This document shows, piece after piece, positions 16,924 to 27,362 of a stretch of 64,000 bases of DNA; position 1 is the first letter of the stretch, and each line of letters opens with the position of its first letter. Both the position numbers and the translations under genes were made by a program. Source of the DNA: Deltaproteobacteria bacterium (GTDB taxonomy: Bacteria; Desulfobacterota; Desulfobaccia; Desulfobaccales; 0-14-0-80-60-11); NCBI GenBank assembly GCA_030018495.1, contig JASEFS010000018.1:7591-71590 (forward strand), given 5' to 3'. The notes under the pieces are model-generated. The model was not told where the DNA came from. It searched no databases and worked only from the letters and a program-made list of their open reading frames with translations.

Positions 16924-17616
16924 ATGCTTCGGGAAAGAAAGATGGGAATCAGGGAGATCCTGCTGGTTGATCAACAGACTCCTATTACCTCGGCGGTGGG
17001 GTTTGCCTTGCAGTGCCGGGGCTACATGATCATGCTGGCGCCGGACGCCGCGACCGCTTTCGAAGACATCAAGAATTATTGTTTTGATCTTATTTTGGTC
17101 GGGTTGAACGGCTACGAAGCGGAAAAGATTGACTTCCTGCGGCAGGCCAAAAAAAGGTCTCCGGAATCAAAACTCATGGTCCTGGGCAACCCGCAAACCA
17201 TGGTTTTTCCCATCGAGACTTTCAGGATTGAGGTGGACGATTATCTGGTCACCCCGTTCACTGTCCCCCAATTATGCCTGCGGGTGGAAAAATGCCTGAG
17301 GAACGGTGAAGCCGAAAATATAGCTGGTATTGAAAGCAAACCAAGAAAAATCAATAAGCGTGTCCTGGATTCATTGAAACTGAAAATTCGCAATATGCAC
17401 AATACGATTTATTCTTTAGTAGCTCATATGAACATATTGATAGAAAAAAATAATAATCTCCTGAGCGATTATAATGTTAGAAAAATAAACGATATTTCAG
17501 ATGATTTGATAACAATGATGAATATAACCGAAGATATTTTGGTCAATTTTCTTGTCTCCGGAGTAGATGCAGAGCCGATAATTGATCAATATTGTTTAAA
17601 CAAAATGCCAAACTGA
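16924..17616 (+). CDS. receiver-domain protein with atypical active site and AT-rich helical C-terminal domain
   Basis: REC-like fold (ILLVDQQ, FDLILVGL). The conserved Lys position reads DYLVTPF (Thr) and the acidic pair is DQ. The C-terminal 90 aa are helical and contain His. Confidence 0.6.
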   Translation: MLRERKMGIREILLVDQQTPITSAVGFALQCRGYMIMLAPDAATAFEDIKNYCFDLILVGLNGYEAEKIDFLRQAKKRSPESKLMVLGNPQTMVFPIETFRIEVDDYLVTPFTVPQLCLRVEKCLRNGEAENIAGIESKPRKINKRVLDSLKLKIRNMHNTIYSLVAHMNILIEKNNNLLSDYNVRKINDISDDLITMMNITEDILVNFLVSGVDAEPIIDQYCLNKMPN

Positions 17617-17875
17617 GAGTGAGCTATGGACGGCGCAATTTGTCTTTTCTGGAGCGGGGCGCTATTAACTGTAATTTCCTTCTCGCTGCTGATTCTTACC
17701 TGCTTAAAAGCCAGGATAAAATGCCAGACCGACGGGGCGAAAGAGTAAAAACCGAGCTCTGAGTGCGGCCAAGCCGCAACAGGTATCCTCTTGTCAAAGC
17801 AATCGCTAGGTGAGACCGGTGAAGCATCCCCGGCCTTTACTGTCAAGACGGTAGGACAGAGAGCAGGATAACGGG

Positions 17876-18337
17876 CTAGGAGGAATTTTGTGAAGGCGGG
17901 ATGATGTCGTTTATCTGAGTTTTCCCGGCCTGGGCGTTTTTCGCCAAATCCGCCAGGGTTATGCACTTAAGCCGTTCAAACATCGCCTCAGATGCTTCTT
18001 TCCAGATCAGACGGGTCGGACAGATGTCGGATCGATTGCAAATTTCAGCATTCTCGGTGCATTCCACCAAGCTTGAGACCTCCTCCAACAGGGCGACGAT
18101 TTCGGCCAGGGTGATCTCTTCCGGCGGCTTGGCCAGAATATGGCCCCCCTTGGGACCTCGCACGCTTTTCACATAGTGGGCTTTTTTCAGAGGGATAATG
18201 ATCTGCTCCAGGTATTTCACCGAAATATCCTGGCGTTTGGCGATCTCCCCCAACTGGACGGGGCCCTGATTGTATCGTTGGGCCATATCTACCAACATGC
18301 GGGTACCATAGCGGCTTTTAGTGGAAAGTTTGATCAT
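17876..18337 (-). CDS. Rrf2 family transcriptional regulator (IscR/NsrR-like, Cys-ligand motif present)
   Basis: MIKLSTKSRYGTRMLVDMA..., HTH, and VECTENAEICNRSDICPTR with three spaced Cys. Confidence 0.85.
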   Translation of the reverse strand: MIKLSTKSRYGTRMLVDMAQRYNQGPVQLGEIAKRQDISVKYLEQIIIPLKKAHYVKSVRGPKGGHILAKPPEEITLAEIVALLEEVSSLVECTENAEICNRSDICPTRLIWKEASEAMFERLKCITLADLAKNAQAGKTQINDIIPPSQNSS

Positions 18338-18637
18338 TACCCTTCTCCTGAAAAATTTTTCTTCTGCTGAATCCGGTCTCTAAGGCGCAATCATGTGCCT
18401 GTTTCTCCACCGAAATAAATAATATATTTTGGTGATATATACAATAGCAATATTGCCCTACATTTTTTACTTTATAATCCCGATGGTTTTTCCTTTTTAA
18501 AAATTGGGAAAATCGGAGGGCGTCAACCGGGACACGGCGCGCCGCGTGACCCGTGAAAAGCGCCTTTCAGCAGCCTTCCAGCGAATATTTCACGGGTGCA
18601 AATGAGTTGCTTGAAGGCGGCGCAAATCTTTGGCGCC

Positions 18638-19159
18638 CTAACTTGTTTTTGGACCGGCTTCCGGTGAAGAAATCCCCAAAAAGTTAAGGATAAATGCTCC
18701 GATGGCTTCTGTATCCTCCGGAAGAAAAACAGGGAGCGAGGAGTTTGCGGGCTCCGGACTCAGCCAGGCGACCACCCGGGAGGCATTCAGCCGGATTTGG
18801 TCCTGGCCCGGAGCGGCAAACGCGATCTTGGGAAGAGGGCTCTGCTTGTAACCCTCCACGATGACCACATCGGCTTTGGAGGCCAAATCCGCCAGAACTT
18901 CAGGCAAATTCGGCTCTTTTTCTTGAAAACGGGAGATTTGCAGGATATTGGGACCAACCGCGGCCGCGGCCTGGGCTCCGGCCTCGCGGTAAGCGCGGGC
19001 CGAGTCGGCCTCCGCCAGCCTGGTTTTATGGCTGTGTTTGAGCACGGCCACGGTGCGGCCCCAGGCCTTCAGGCAGGCCACCAGGCGGCAGATAAGGTCG
19101 GTTTTGCCCGAACCGGAGGGTCCCACCAAGGAGATGACGTTAGCCGGGTAAAGAGTCAT
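18638..19159 (-). CDS. mobB: molybdopterin-guanine dinucleotide biosynthesis adaptor MobB
   Basis: VISLVGPSGSGKTDLICRLV Walker A followed by VAVLKHSHK; size typical of MobB. Confidence 0.75.
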   Translation of the reverse strand: MTLYPANVISLVGPSGSGKTDLICRLVACLKAWGRTVAVLKHSHKTRLAEADSARAYREAGAQAAAAVGPNILQISRFQEKEPNLPEVLADLASKADVVIVEGYKQSPLPKIAFAAPGQDQIRLNASRVVAWLSPEPANSSLPVFLPEDTEAIGAFILNFLGISSPEAGPKTS

Positions 19160-19230
19160 TATGAGCAAGTTTGAGCGCAAAGATATGGAAAAATAATATC
19201 AGGCTGTCTCGCTGACTACAAGAATGCGCC

Positions 19231-20109
19231 TTACCCGTGTCCCAGGTTTTCCATCACTTTTGCGATGGCTGCGAAGTCGGCGTCGCCCAGACCCTGGCTG
19301 ACGCCCAGGCGGAAAAGGTGCAGGAGCAGGTGGCCCAAAGGAGCGGGGGCGCCGGTGTCATAGGCGGTATCCACGATGAACTTGGCATCCTTGGTCATGT
19401 GCTTGAGGGGAAACTGGGCCGGATAGTCGTCATCTTTCAGCATCTCTGATTTCACCTGGTAGAGACCGCAGGACAGGGGCCCGGAGAGGATCACCTCCAG
19501 AATGTCCTCGAGCCGCAGGCCTCCTTTCAAGCCATACTGCACGGTTTCACCGAGGCCGGCCATCATAAGCCCCAGGAGCAGGTTGATGGTCATTTTCATC
19601 ATGGAGCCCAAGCCTGTTTCGCCGCAATAAACCACCTTCTTGCCCATAGTTTTCAAGATCGGGGTGACCTCATCAATCCGGGCCTTGTCGCCGCCGGCCA
19701 AAATGATAAGTGTGCCTTCCTCAGCGGGTTTTTTGGTGCCCGAGACAGGCGCGTCAATGAAGGCGCAGCCGGTGGGGGCGAGCCTTTGGGCCAGATCCCG
19801 GGTATAAGCCGGGGATACGGAGCTCATGTTGATCAGGGTCTTTTTTTTATTTAACGATTGGGCTGCGCCCTCCGGGCCGAACAAGAGGCCGTCGACGGCC
19901 TCGGGTCCGGTGACCATGAGAATGACGATATCAGTGGCATGAGCCAGGGATTTGGGGCTGGATGCCACTCCCACTCCCATCTCGGCAAATTTCTCGGATT
20001 TGTCGGCGCTGCGGTTGTAAACCATCAAAGGGAACCCGGCCCGGTGGATGTTGGCCGCCATGGCCGCGCCCATGATCCCCAATCCCATAAAACCGACTTT
20101 CGGTCCCAT
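19231..20109 (-). CDS. NAD(P)-dependent beta-hydroxyacid dehydrogenase (3-hydroxyisobutyrate dehydrogenase family)
   Basis: KVGFMGLGIMGAAMAANI Rossmann motif, DAPVSG, catalytic-Lys region KHMTKD. ATG at 20109 with a GGAGG SD. Confidence 0.8.
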   Translation of the reverse strand: MGPKVGFMGLGIMGAAMAANIHRAGFPLMVYNRSADKSEKFAEMGVGVASSPKSLAHATDIVILMVTGPEAVDGLLFGPEGAAQSLNKKKTLINMSSVSPAYTRDLAQRLAPTGCAFIDAPVSGTKKPAEEGTLIILAGGDKARIDEVTPILKTMGKKVVYCGETGLGSMMKMTINLLLGLMMAGLGETVQYGLKGGLRLEDILEVILSGPLSCGLYQVKSEMLKDDDYPAQFPLKHMTKDAKFIVDTAYDTGAPAPLGHLLLHLFRLGVSQGLGDADFAAIAKVMENLGHG

Positions 20110-20423
20110 GCTGCCCTCCGATTTTTGCAATTAAAAAGTGAGCTGCGTTTTGGTGGCAAGGGGAGCTGACGGACCAGTCCCCTTTTCAGACCCGCCGACC
20201 CTTAGTTCGGGAGCCCAGGCTCCCCCGTGCTCCCGAAAGAATATTTCAGGATAATGGAAGGGTTCCTCCCGCCCTTGCTTGAGTCAAGGCCCGCCATGCT
20301 CCGGTTAAGAAAAAAATCTCCGACAATATCTTCATATCAGCAAGGTGAATACTTAAAAGATTAACAAAGGGATGATGGCGAGTCAAAAGTCCTGAAGATA
20401 AATACTGCCAAGCGAGGTGCAAT

Positions 20424-20888
20424 ATGCCCAGGTTAAACCCCGGTGAGCCGGCGCCGGACTTCGAACTGGAAAATCAGGAAGGCAAAAAGGTCAGACTGTC
20501 GGACTACGCCGGCAGGAAGCTCCTGCTCTATTTCTACCCCAAAGCCGATACGCCGGGGTGCACCAAGCAGGCTTGCTCCATCCGGGACGCCAGGGATGAA
20601 CTCGCGGATGCAGGCGTGGCTGCTTTGGGCATAAGCCCCGATAAGCCGGGAACGCAACAGAAGTTTGACGGCAAATACGGCTTGGGCTTTCCGCTGCTCT
20701 CAGACCCCGAGCACAAGGTGGCCGAGGCCTACGGCGCCTGGGGGGAAAAGTCCATGTATGGCAAGACCACGCAAGGGATCATAAGATCTTCGTTCCTAAT
20801 CAATGAAGAGGGGAAAATCATTCAGGCCTGGTACAAAGTGAAGCCGGAAGACACTGTTCCCAAGGCCAAAGCGGCCTTGGGCAAGTAA
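20424..20888 (+). CDS. bcp: thioredoxin-dependent peroxiredoxin Bcp
   Basis: 154 aa with the YFYPKADTPGCTKQAC active-site motif. Confidence 0.9.
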   Translation: MPRLNPGEPAPDFELENQEGKKVRLSDYAGRKLLLYFYPKADTPGCTKQACSIRDARDELADAGVAALGISPDKPGTQQKFDGKYGLGFPLLSDPEHKVAEAYGAWGEKSMYGKTTQGIIRSSFLINEEGKIIQAWYKVKPEDTVPKAKAALGK

Positions 20889-21013
20889 CCAAACCCTAAC
20901 GGCTCCCCAAATTTCTTATGGAATTGCCGCTATAGAGGCATTCTTAAGGCAGAGCCACGGCTTAGACGCCATTTTAAAGGGCGCGCCGCCAAAGCGTTAA
21001 TTTCCTTCATTCG

Positions 21014-21055
21014 CAGAAAAGGCCTGGACAGGAGAGGTTCCATCCTATCCAGGCC
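21014..21055 (-). terminator. Rho-independent terminator of the formate dehydrogenase operon
   Basis: Minus strand GGCCTGGA-(19 nt)-TCCAGGCC followed by TTTTCTGCG, about 60 nt past the NrfD-like stop. Confidence 0.6.
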
Positions 21056-21117
21056 CGATGGGAGAGGAGGGGTTGAGGAGGGCTGGAGGCTGGGCGGCTC
21101 GCAGCCCCCCCTCGCGG

Positions 21118-22269
21118 TTATTCAGCCAGCTCCGATTTATATACCGGCAGGTTCTTGGTCAGAAAATCAAAAATAAGAATGCCTCCGGCGATCAGAGAAA
21201 GCGTGATGATGATTTCCACCAACGAAGGAAAGTATGAGAAAGTGCGGTAACCGCCGTAGCTGGTGAGGCTCACGTTAAAGCGGTTGAAAACCACGCCGAA
21301 GGCGGCAATCCCAGCGGCCCAGAGAAGCCCCTTTTGGGAATTTCTAACCTCATGGAAATAAAGCAGCAAAGCCGGGAACGCCACACAGCCGAAAAGCTCG
21401 AAATAGAAGGCCAGGTGTGGGGCGTCCAAGCTCCACACGGTGGCGCCCCGGGCATAAAGGTCGGTCACCTTCATGGCGAAGTAGACCAGGAGAACCAACC
21501 CCAGGCCCTTGGCAAAGCTGGGCAGAATGTCCATTTCCGGCTTGCGCTTATAAGCCCAGGCGCTGATTATGCTCTCCAGGATGATCATGCTCATGCCGCC
21601 GATAACGGCGCTGGTAAAGAACAAGGGGCCGATGGCTCGGCTGGCCCAGAGGTCGGACATCTTCTCGGGGAGCAGCAGGTACAGCGCCCCCAGGGAAGAC
21701 TGATGCAAAGTGGAGAGTATGACGCCCGCCACCACCAGGACCAAATAAATATCCCGGAAGAATTTCACCCAGTCGTGCTTCTGCCAGCGCTCCAGAGCCA
21801 TTATGAAGATGTCTATCCCCAGGACCGTGGTATACAGCATGACGCACCAGGCCACCTCAAAGAGCACGGAATTAGGATTCCACATGATCATGGGGTGCCA
21901 GATGCGCCAAGGCTGGCCCAGATCGAAGAACAAGCCGATGACGAACATCAGGTAGCCCAGGAATGCGGAGATTTTGGCCGGTCTGAGCAGGGGCTCAAAC
22001 TTCTTCAGATTAAAGATGTAAATGGTGGCGGCCATGGTGAAGCCACCGCCGGCAAGGGCCACCCCGGCCAGGACGTCGAAACTGATCCACAGACCCCAGG
22101 GGTAGGCGTCATTCAGGTTGGTAGTGGCGCCCAGGCCGAAAAACAAGCGGATTGCCCCGGAAATCAGGCCCAGCATCACTAAAGCGTAGAGAGCAAGCCG
22201 GAAAGGAGTTACCTTGCCCTCGCCAGGATACCACCTCTTCAATTCAGGAGTCGTTCCGGATTGGGTCAT
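21118..22269 (-). CDS. NrfD/PsrC-family integral membrane subunit (quinone-interacting) of the formate dehydrogenase complex
   Basis: 383 aa, about 9-10 TM helices, polysulfide-reductase NrfD style; immediately downstream of the Fe-S subunit. Confidence 0.7.
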   Translation of the reverse strand: MTQSGTTPELKRWYPGEGKVTPFRLALYALVMLGLISGAIRLFFGLGATTNLNDAYPWGLWISFDVLAGVALAGGGFTMAATIYIFNLKKFEPLLRPAKISAFLGYLMFVIGLFFDLGQPWRIWHPMIMWNPNSVLFEVAWCVMLYTTVLGIDIFIMALERWQKHDWVKFFRDIYLVLVVAGVILSTLHQSSLGALYLLLPEKMSDLWASRAIGPLFFTSAVIGGMSMIILESIISAWAYKRKPEMDILPSFAKGLGLVLLVYFAMKVTDLYARGATVWSLDAPHLAFYFELFGCVAFPALLLYFHEVRNSQKGLLWAAGIAAFGVVFNRFNVSLTSYGGYRTFSYFPSLVEIIITLSLIAGGILIFDFLTKNLPVYKSELAE

Positions 22270-22272
22270 GGT

Positions 22273-23076
22273 TTACTCCTCCTTGTGTTCCTGGGACTGG
22301 ACTTGGGCCCGGCGCTTATTGAGATAATGCAGGCCTACGGCCAGGCTTCCAACTGTTAAAGCCACCCATGGAACCTTGGACATCCACTCCCGGCCATAGA
22401 GACCGTGAGGGTAATCGCCCAAGTCGGTGCGGAATCCCAGGTGGTTGATCCCTATATTATCGAAAGACGCGGTGGTGAGATAAAGCATGGAGGCACCACC
22501 ACCGGTACGCTCGCCGTACACCTCAGGGTAATACTTGCCGGGATGGGCTCCGATGCGGCGATGCGCCTCCTTGAGCAGCTTGTCCCGTTCCCCGAAAAGC
22601 AAGGCGTCTGTCGGGCAGGAGGACGTGCAGGCGGGTTCCTGTCCCATAGCCTGTCGGTCCGCGCAGAAAGTGCACTTGCGAATCAGGGGAACTGCTGATT
22701 CCCATTCGAATTTGGGAATCTGGAAGGGACAGGCCATCATGCAGTAGCGGCAGCCGATGCATTTATCATCATTATAAACCACCGGACCTTCGGGCAGCCT
22801 GATCAAGGCGCCCACGGGGCAGGCGCTGGCGCAGGCCGGCGTCAGGCAATGCATGCACTGGCGTTTGATAAATTGCCATTTCAGGTCTCCTCCCGGTTGG
22901 GAAATTTCCCGGAAGAGGACCCGGGTGTAGTTGTGACTATCAAGGAATTTGGGGTTTTCCCAGGTGTCAGAAAACGTGGTGCTCTTACCCGGAAGGTCGT
23001 TCCAGCTCTTGCACGCCACCTGGCAGGCCCGACAACCGATACATTTGCTGGTATCGATGAGAACGGCTTTGCTCAT
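22273..23076 (-). CDS. 4Fe-4S ferredoxin-type iron-sulfur subunit (FdnH/HybA-like)
   Basis: CIGCRACQVAC, CMHCLTPACASACP, CIGCRYCMMACP and CTFCADR cluster motifs; C-terminal TM anchor. Confidence 0.85.
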   Translation of the reverse strand: MSKAVLIDTSKCIGCRACQVACKSWNDLPGKSTTFSDTWENPKFLDSHNYTRVLFREISQPGGDLKWQFIKRQCMHCLTPACASACPVGALIRLPEGPVVYNDDKCIGCRYCMMACPFQIPKFEWESAVPLIRKCTFCADRQAMGQEPACTSSCPTDALLFGERDKLLKEAHRRIGAHPGKYYPEVYGERTGGGASMLYLTTASFDNIGINHLGFRTDLGDYPHGLYGREWMSKVPWVALTVGSLAVGLHYLNKRRAQVQSQEHKEE

Positions 23077-23102
23077 GGTTCTCCTCCTTTAGGCCTTCAG
23101 GC

Positions 23103-26100
23103 TCAGGCTTTCTGAACGTCCACCAGGAATACCTTGTATTCCGGGATCATGGTGTTGGCGTCCCCCACCATGGGGGCGAGCTGGTTGGCGGCATAATTGC
23201 ACTTCGGGTCGGAGCCGCCGGTGGACAGGCCGGCAAAGCCGAAATGCCAGGGCAAGGCCACCATTTCCACGTTGTTTTCCAGCCCGGGTCGGCCGCAGCG
23301 GAAAGGCGCCACTCGGCTGGTGACGTTGGCCCTGGCTTTGACTTCGCCCCGGACGCTCCTCACAATGACCCAGTCGCCGGGCTTTATCCCCTTGGCTTTG
23401 GCCAGGGTCGGACTCATTTCCACGAACATCTCCGGCATCAGTTCCGTTTGCCAGGAGAGGTTGCGGGTCATGGCGCCGGCCTGCCAGTGCTCTGTCAGTC
23501 GGAAGGTGGTGGCCAGGATCGGAAAGCGCGGATCGCAAATTTCGGCCACCTTGTCCAAGGCGGAGGCCCAAAGTTTGATGGCCGGGTTGGTTTGCTGGGG
23601 CGACACCGGGTTGGCAAAAGCGCACTCCAGAGGTTCATAGTGCTCGGGGAAAGGACCGTCTTTGCAAGCCCCTTTGGGCACAAAGAGACGGCTTTTTCCT
23701 TCCGGCAGCATGATGAAGGGAGTTTTGGCAGAAACCTCTGGAGGCACGTGAGTTTTGGTTTCCGGGTCCAGCCATTTGAAATCCGGCACGTCGAATTTCG
23801 TCCAAGTTTTGGTGCCGGGATCCCAACCCACCAGGACCTTGTTCTTGTTCCAGGGCTGACCCTGGGGATCGGCGGAACAACGGTTGTAGATGATGCGGCG
23901 ATTCACCGGCCAGGCGAAGGCCCAGCCCGGATAAAGACCCAGACCGCTGGGGTCTTTTTTGTCTCGAGCCGCGGCCTTGTTATCCTTCTTGTCCGGGCCG
24001 GGGTAGAAGCCCGAATAGATCCAACAGCCACAGGCGGTAGAACCGTCTTCCTTCAAGGCCAAAAAGTTGGCCACCTGTTTTTTGTCGGCCACGGTGTAGC
24101 CGTTGATCTCCTTGGCTACCAAGTGAACATCCGGGTCTTTGCCATAGTCCCAATTCAATTTGACGATAGGATCGGGGAACACCGCCTTGGCATCTTCCTG
24201 ATAAAGTTGCTTTAACTCCAAGGCCAGGCGATTAGCGTACCACAGGTCGCTGCGAGCGTCTCCATGCGGCTTTACCGCCTGGTAGCGCCACTGGATCCAA
24301 CGGCCGCTGTTGCTGGCGCTGCCTTCCTTCTCCATGGAATCGGCCGCCGGGAAGAGGAAGACCTCGGTTTTAATGTCCTTGGGATTAGCGCCGGGACGCT
24401 TCCAAAAAACTGAAGTGTCCGTTTCCCAGAGATCGAACGCGGCCAGCCATTCCAGCTTGTCCAACCCAGCATAGGTCTGATTGAGATTGGACGAACTCAC
24501 CGCTGGATTCATGCCCCAGATCATCAAACCTTTGATGCCCCCTTCCGCCATATTTTCGAAAAGGGGAATCCAGGAGTAGCCGGCACCCTGGTAGCCTTTC
24601 CCCACCTTGGGCAGATAATGGTAGGCGAAGTCGTTGTCCGGTTTGGCCGCATCACCCCAGAAAGCTTTGAGCAGACTGACGAAATATTTGGGTTTATTGG
24701 ACCACCAGCCGGCCTTAGGGGTTTCCTTTTCCAAATAATCCTTCAAGGAAGGATGATTGGCTTCATTGGGGATTCCCATATAACCCGGCACCAGGTGGAA
24801 GAGCATGGCCATATCGGTGGCGCCCTGGACGTTGTTCTCGCCCCGCAGGGCATTGATGCCTCCACCGGGTACGCCCATGTTGCCCAACAGCATTTGCAGA
24901 ATGGAATAGCTGCGAATGATCTGCACTCCGATGGTATGCTGGGTGCCGCCCATGGCGTACATGATAGTGGCGGCTTTGTCCGGCTGACCGGTGGCGGAGA
25001 TGAGTTCGGCGACTTTCAAAAAGGTTTCCCGGGGAATGCCGGTGGTGGCGGTGACCAAAGCCGGGGTGTAGCGGGCGAAGTGCTGCTTTAGGAGCTGAAA
25101 AACACAGCGGGGATGCTGCAGGGTCGGATCGGTGACGGGCTTGCCCTCTTTATCCGTCTCGTAGTCCCAGGATTGGGGGTCGTAAGCTTTTTTCCCTTTG
25201 TCATATCCGCAAAACAAGCCGTCCTGGAAGGAGAATTCAGGGCGGATGACAAAGGCTGCGTTGGTATAATTAACTATATAGTCCTTATGGTAAAGCTCGT
25301 TCTGTAACACATAGCTGATCAACCCCCCCATCAGCGCAATGTCCGTCCCCGGTCTCAGACGCGCATAGAGGTCTGCTTTGGCCGCGGACCGGGTGAAGCG
25401 CGGGTCCACTACGATAAGCTTGGCCCCTTTCTCCTGAGCCTGGGTGATCCACTTAAAACTGATGGGATGATTTTCCGCCGGGTTACAGCCGATGATCACA
25501 ATGCAATCACTGTTGACCAAGTCATTCCAGTGATTAGTCATGGCTCCACGGCCAAAGGTGGGCCCCAACGAGGCCACCGTGGAGGAGTGTCAAAGGCGGG
25601 CTTGAGTTTCAATATAGACAAGGCCGAGAGCCCGGCTTAGCTTGGTGATCAGATAACATTCTTCGTTGTTAAGGGTGGAGCCGCCTATGGCCGCGAGGGC
25701 TTCGGTGCGGTTCACCGGCACGTTGTTTGCCGATGTGGCAATGAAATTGGCGTCTCGGGTGGCCTTAATACGCTGGGCCAGAGTTTTAATGCCCCATTCC
25801 AGATCCTTTTCTTCCCAGCGATCGCTGCCCGGGGCTCGATAGCGGAGTTTCTTTAAGCGGCGGGGGCTTGTAACTACTTCAAAGACAGCCTGTCCCTTGC
25901 TGCATAAGGAGCCTTGGTTGATGGGATGGTCCGGGTCACCCTGGACACTTACTAGCTTGCCCTTCACGGTGTAGGCTACCAGACCGCAGCCTACGCCACA
26001 AAAAGGGCAGATGGAAGTGGTTTTCTCGGCGTCCTTGGTCTTGGCAGGGTGAACAAACCCTGCCCACCCTCGTCGTGGGAGCAGAACGTCCGAGAGCCCT

Positions 26101-26156
26101 AAGGCGGTGAGACCACCACCCAAACCTTTGAGAAAGGTTCTGCGGGAAATGCCCAT
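23103..26156 (-). CDS. fdnG: formate dehydrogenase alpha subunit, selenocysteine-containing, Tat-exported (one gene split into two ORFs by in-frame UGA at 25592..25590)
   Basis: Twin-arginine signal MGISRRTFLKG. CPFCGVGC Fe-S motif. ...ETQARL-UGA-HSSTVASLGPTFGRGAMTNHWND matches the FdnG/FdhA Sec active-site context. Both ORFs are in the same frame. Confidence 0.9.
25544..25584 (-). promoter_or_regulatory. SECIS-like hairpin downstream of the UGA codon
   Basis: Minus strand CUCCACGG-UGGCCUCGUUGGGGCCCACCUUUGG-CCGUGGAG starts 5 nt after the UGA, with an inner GGCC/GGCC helix. Confidence 0.55.
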
Positions 26157-26248
26157 TTTCCCTCCCATTTAAATTTGGAATTCTGCGGTCTAATAGAAAG
26201 GATAAATCATTGTTTGCCGGACTATCACCTCCTTTTTCCATATACAAA

Positions 26249-26282
26249 TTTGTGTAACACACCGTAATAACTTTTACACAAA
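26249..26282. promoter_or_regulatory. inverted repeat TTTGTGTAA-N16-TTACACAAA upstream of the FDH operon (candidate operator)
   Basis: Perfect 9-bp arms at 26249-26257 and 26274-26282, about 90 nt upstream of the fdnG start. Confidence 0.3.
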
Positions 26283-26602
26283 AAGTCAACAGGATAACCG
26301 CCTGCGGATAAGATTAGTCACCTTCTATAGAGGGCGGTGTCAGAGGGGATAATTATTTGTAATTATTCAACAAAGCAATGTGCTCCATATATCATTTTTT
26401 TACGGGGTTTAGCGGCTCTCGGGCGAGTTTAAGGGAGTTTTGCAGGAAATACCGTGTGGCTTTGTGAACAAAAGTTAATAACTGGTCTGTATTTGACGAT
26501 CTTGGGTGCAAAAGATGAAAGCAGGCTTTACTTGAATAAGGAATTGCTCATGATTAGTGCGGAGAGGACCAGGCTGTCTTCAGAATGAGCCGATAGCTTT
26601 CT

Positions 26603-27265
26603 TTATCTGCCCTTGCCCCGCAAAACGGTCGGAACGGTTTTCAGCAGAATCTGCAAATCCAGACATAGGGATTGATGGCTGAGGTAAAACAGGTCGTACT
26701 GCAACATCCTGATGTGATCTTCCATGGTGTTGGCGTGGCCTATATGCACTTGGGCCCACCCGGTGATGCCGGGCTTGGCCATAAGGCGAGCGCGGTAGAG
26801 AGGCAGTTCCTGGGCCATCAAGTCGACAAAATGCCGGCGGATCGGGCGAGGTCCGATAATACTCATGTCGTTTTTCAACACATTCCATAATTGAGGGAGT
26901 TCATCCAGGCGCAGCTTGCGAAGGATTTTCCCCACCCTGGTGATGCGGGGGTCGCTGTCCTTACACCATTGCGGGCCGCTGCTTTCAGCATTTTCAATCA
27001 TCGTGCGCAATTTTATTAGGTTAAAAGGGGCTCCTGCCAACCCCAGGCGTTCCTGGATAAAGAAAACCGGCCCGCGGCTATCCAGTTTGATGGCTAAGGC
27101 GCAGATCAGGATAAGGGGCAGGGCCAAGGGCAGCAGCAGCAAGGTGATAAGGATATCACCGGTTCTTTTTAGTATGCGGCGCTCCCGGGGAGAAGAAAAA
27201 TCCTTTCGACCGGGAAGCAGCAGCAATTGTTTGTCCATGCACTGAGCCGATATCGAATCTATCAT
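26603..27265 (-). CDS. undecaprenyl-phosphate sugar phosphotransferase (bacterial sugar transferase family)
   Basis: KRTGDILITLLLLPLALP..., DSRGPVFFIQERLG, KLRTM, DELPQLWNVLKNDMSIIGPRP. Confidence 0.85.
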   Translation of the reverse strand: MIDSISAQCMDKQLLLLPGRKDFSSPRERRILKRTGDILITLLLLPLALPLILICALAIKLDSRGPVFFIQERLGLAGAPFNLIKLRTMIENAESSGPQWCKDSDPRITRVGKILRKLRLDELPQLWNVLKNDMSIIGPRPIRRHFVDLMAQELPLYRARLMAKPGITGWAQVHIGHANTMEDHIRMLQYDLFYLSHQSLCLDLQILLKTVPTVLRGKGR

Positions 27266-27362
27266 TACGCGAAACCCTTCTGAAATTTCCGGCGAAATAA
27301 TCCGCTTCTTAAGACAAACAAACAGCCACTTAAAATCCCTGCGGTAAAATGAGTCTCAGGGC

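Noticed and set aside
21334-24215. Plus-strand ORFs 21334..22182 and 23244..24215
   Set aside because: They are antisense to the NrfD-like and FdnG genes, and their composition is typical of GC-rich third-position artefacts.
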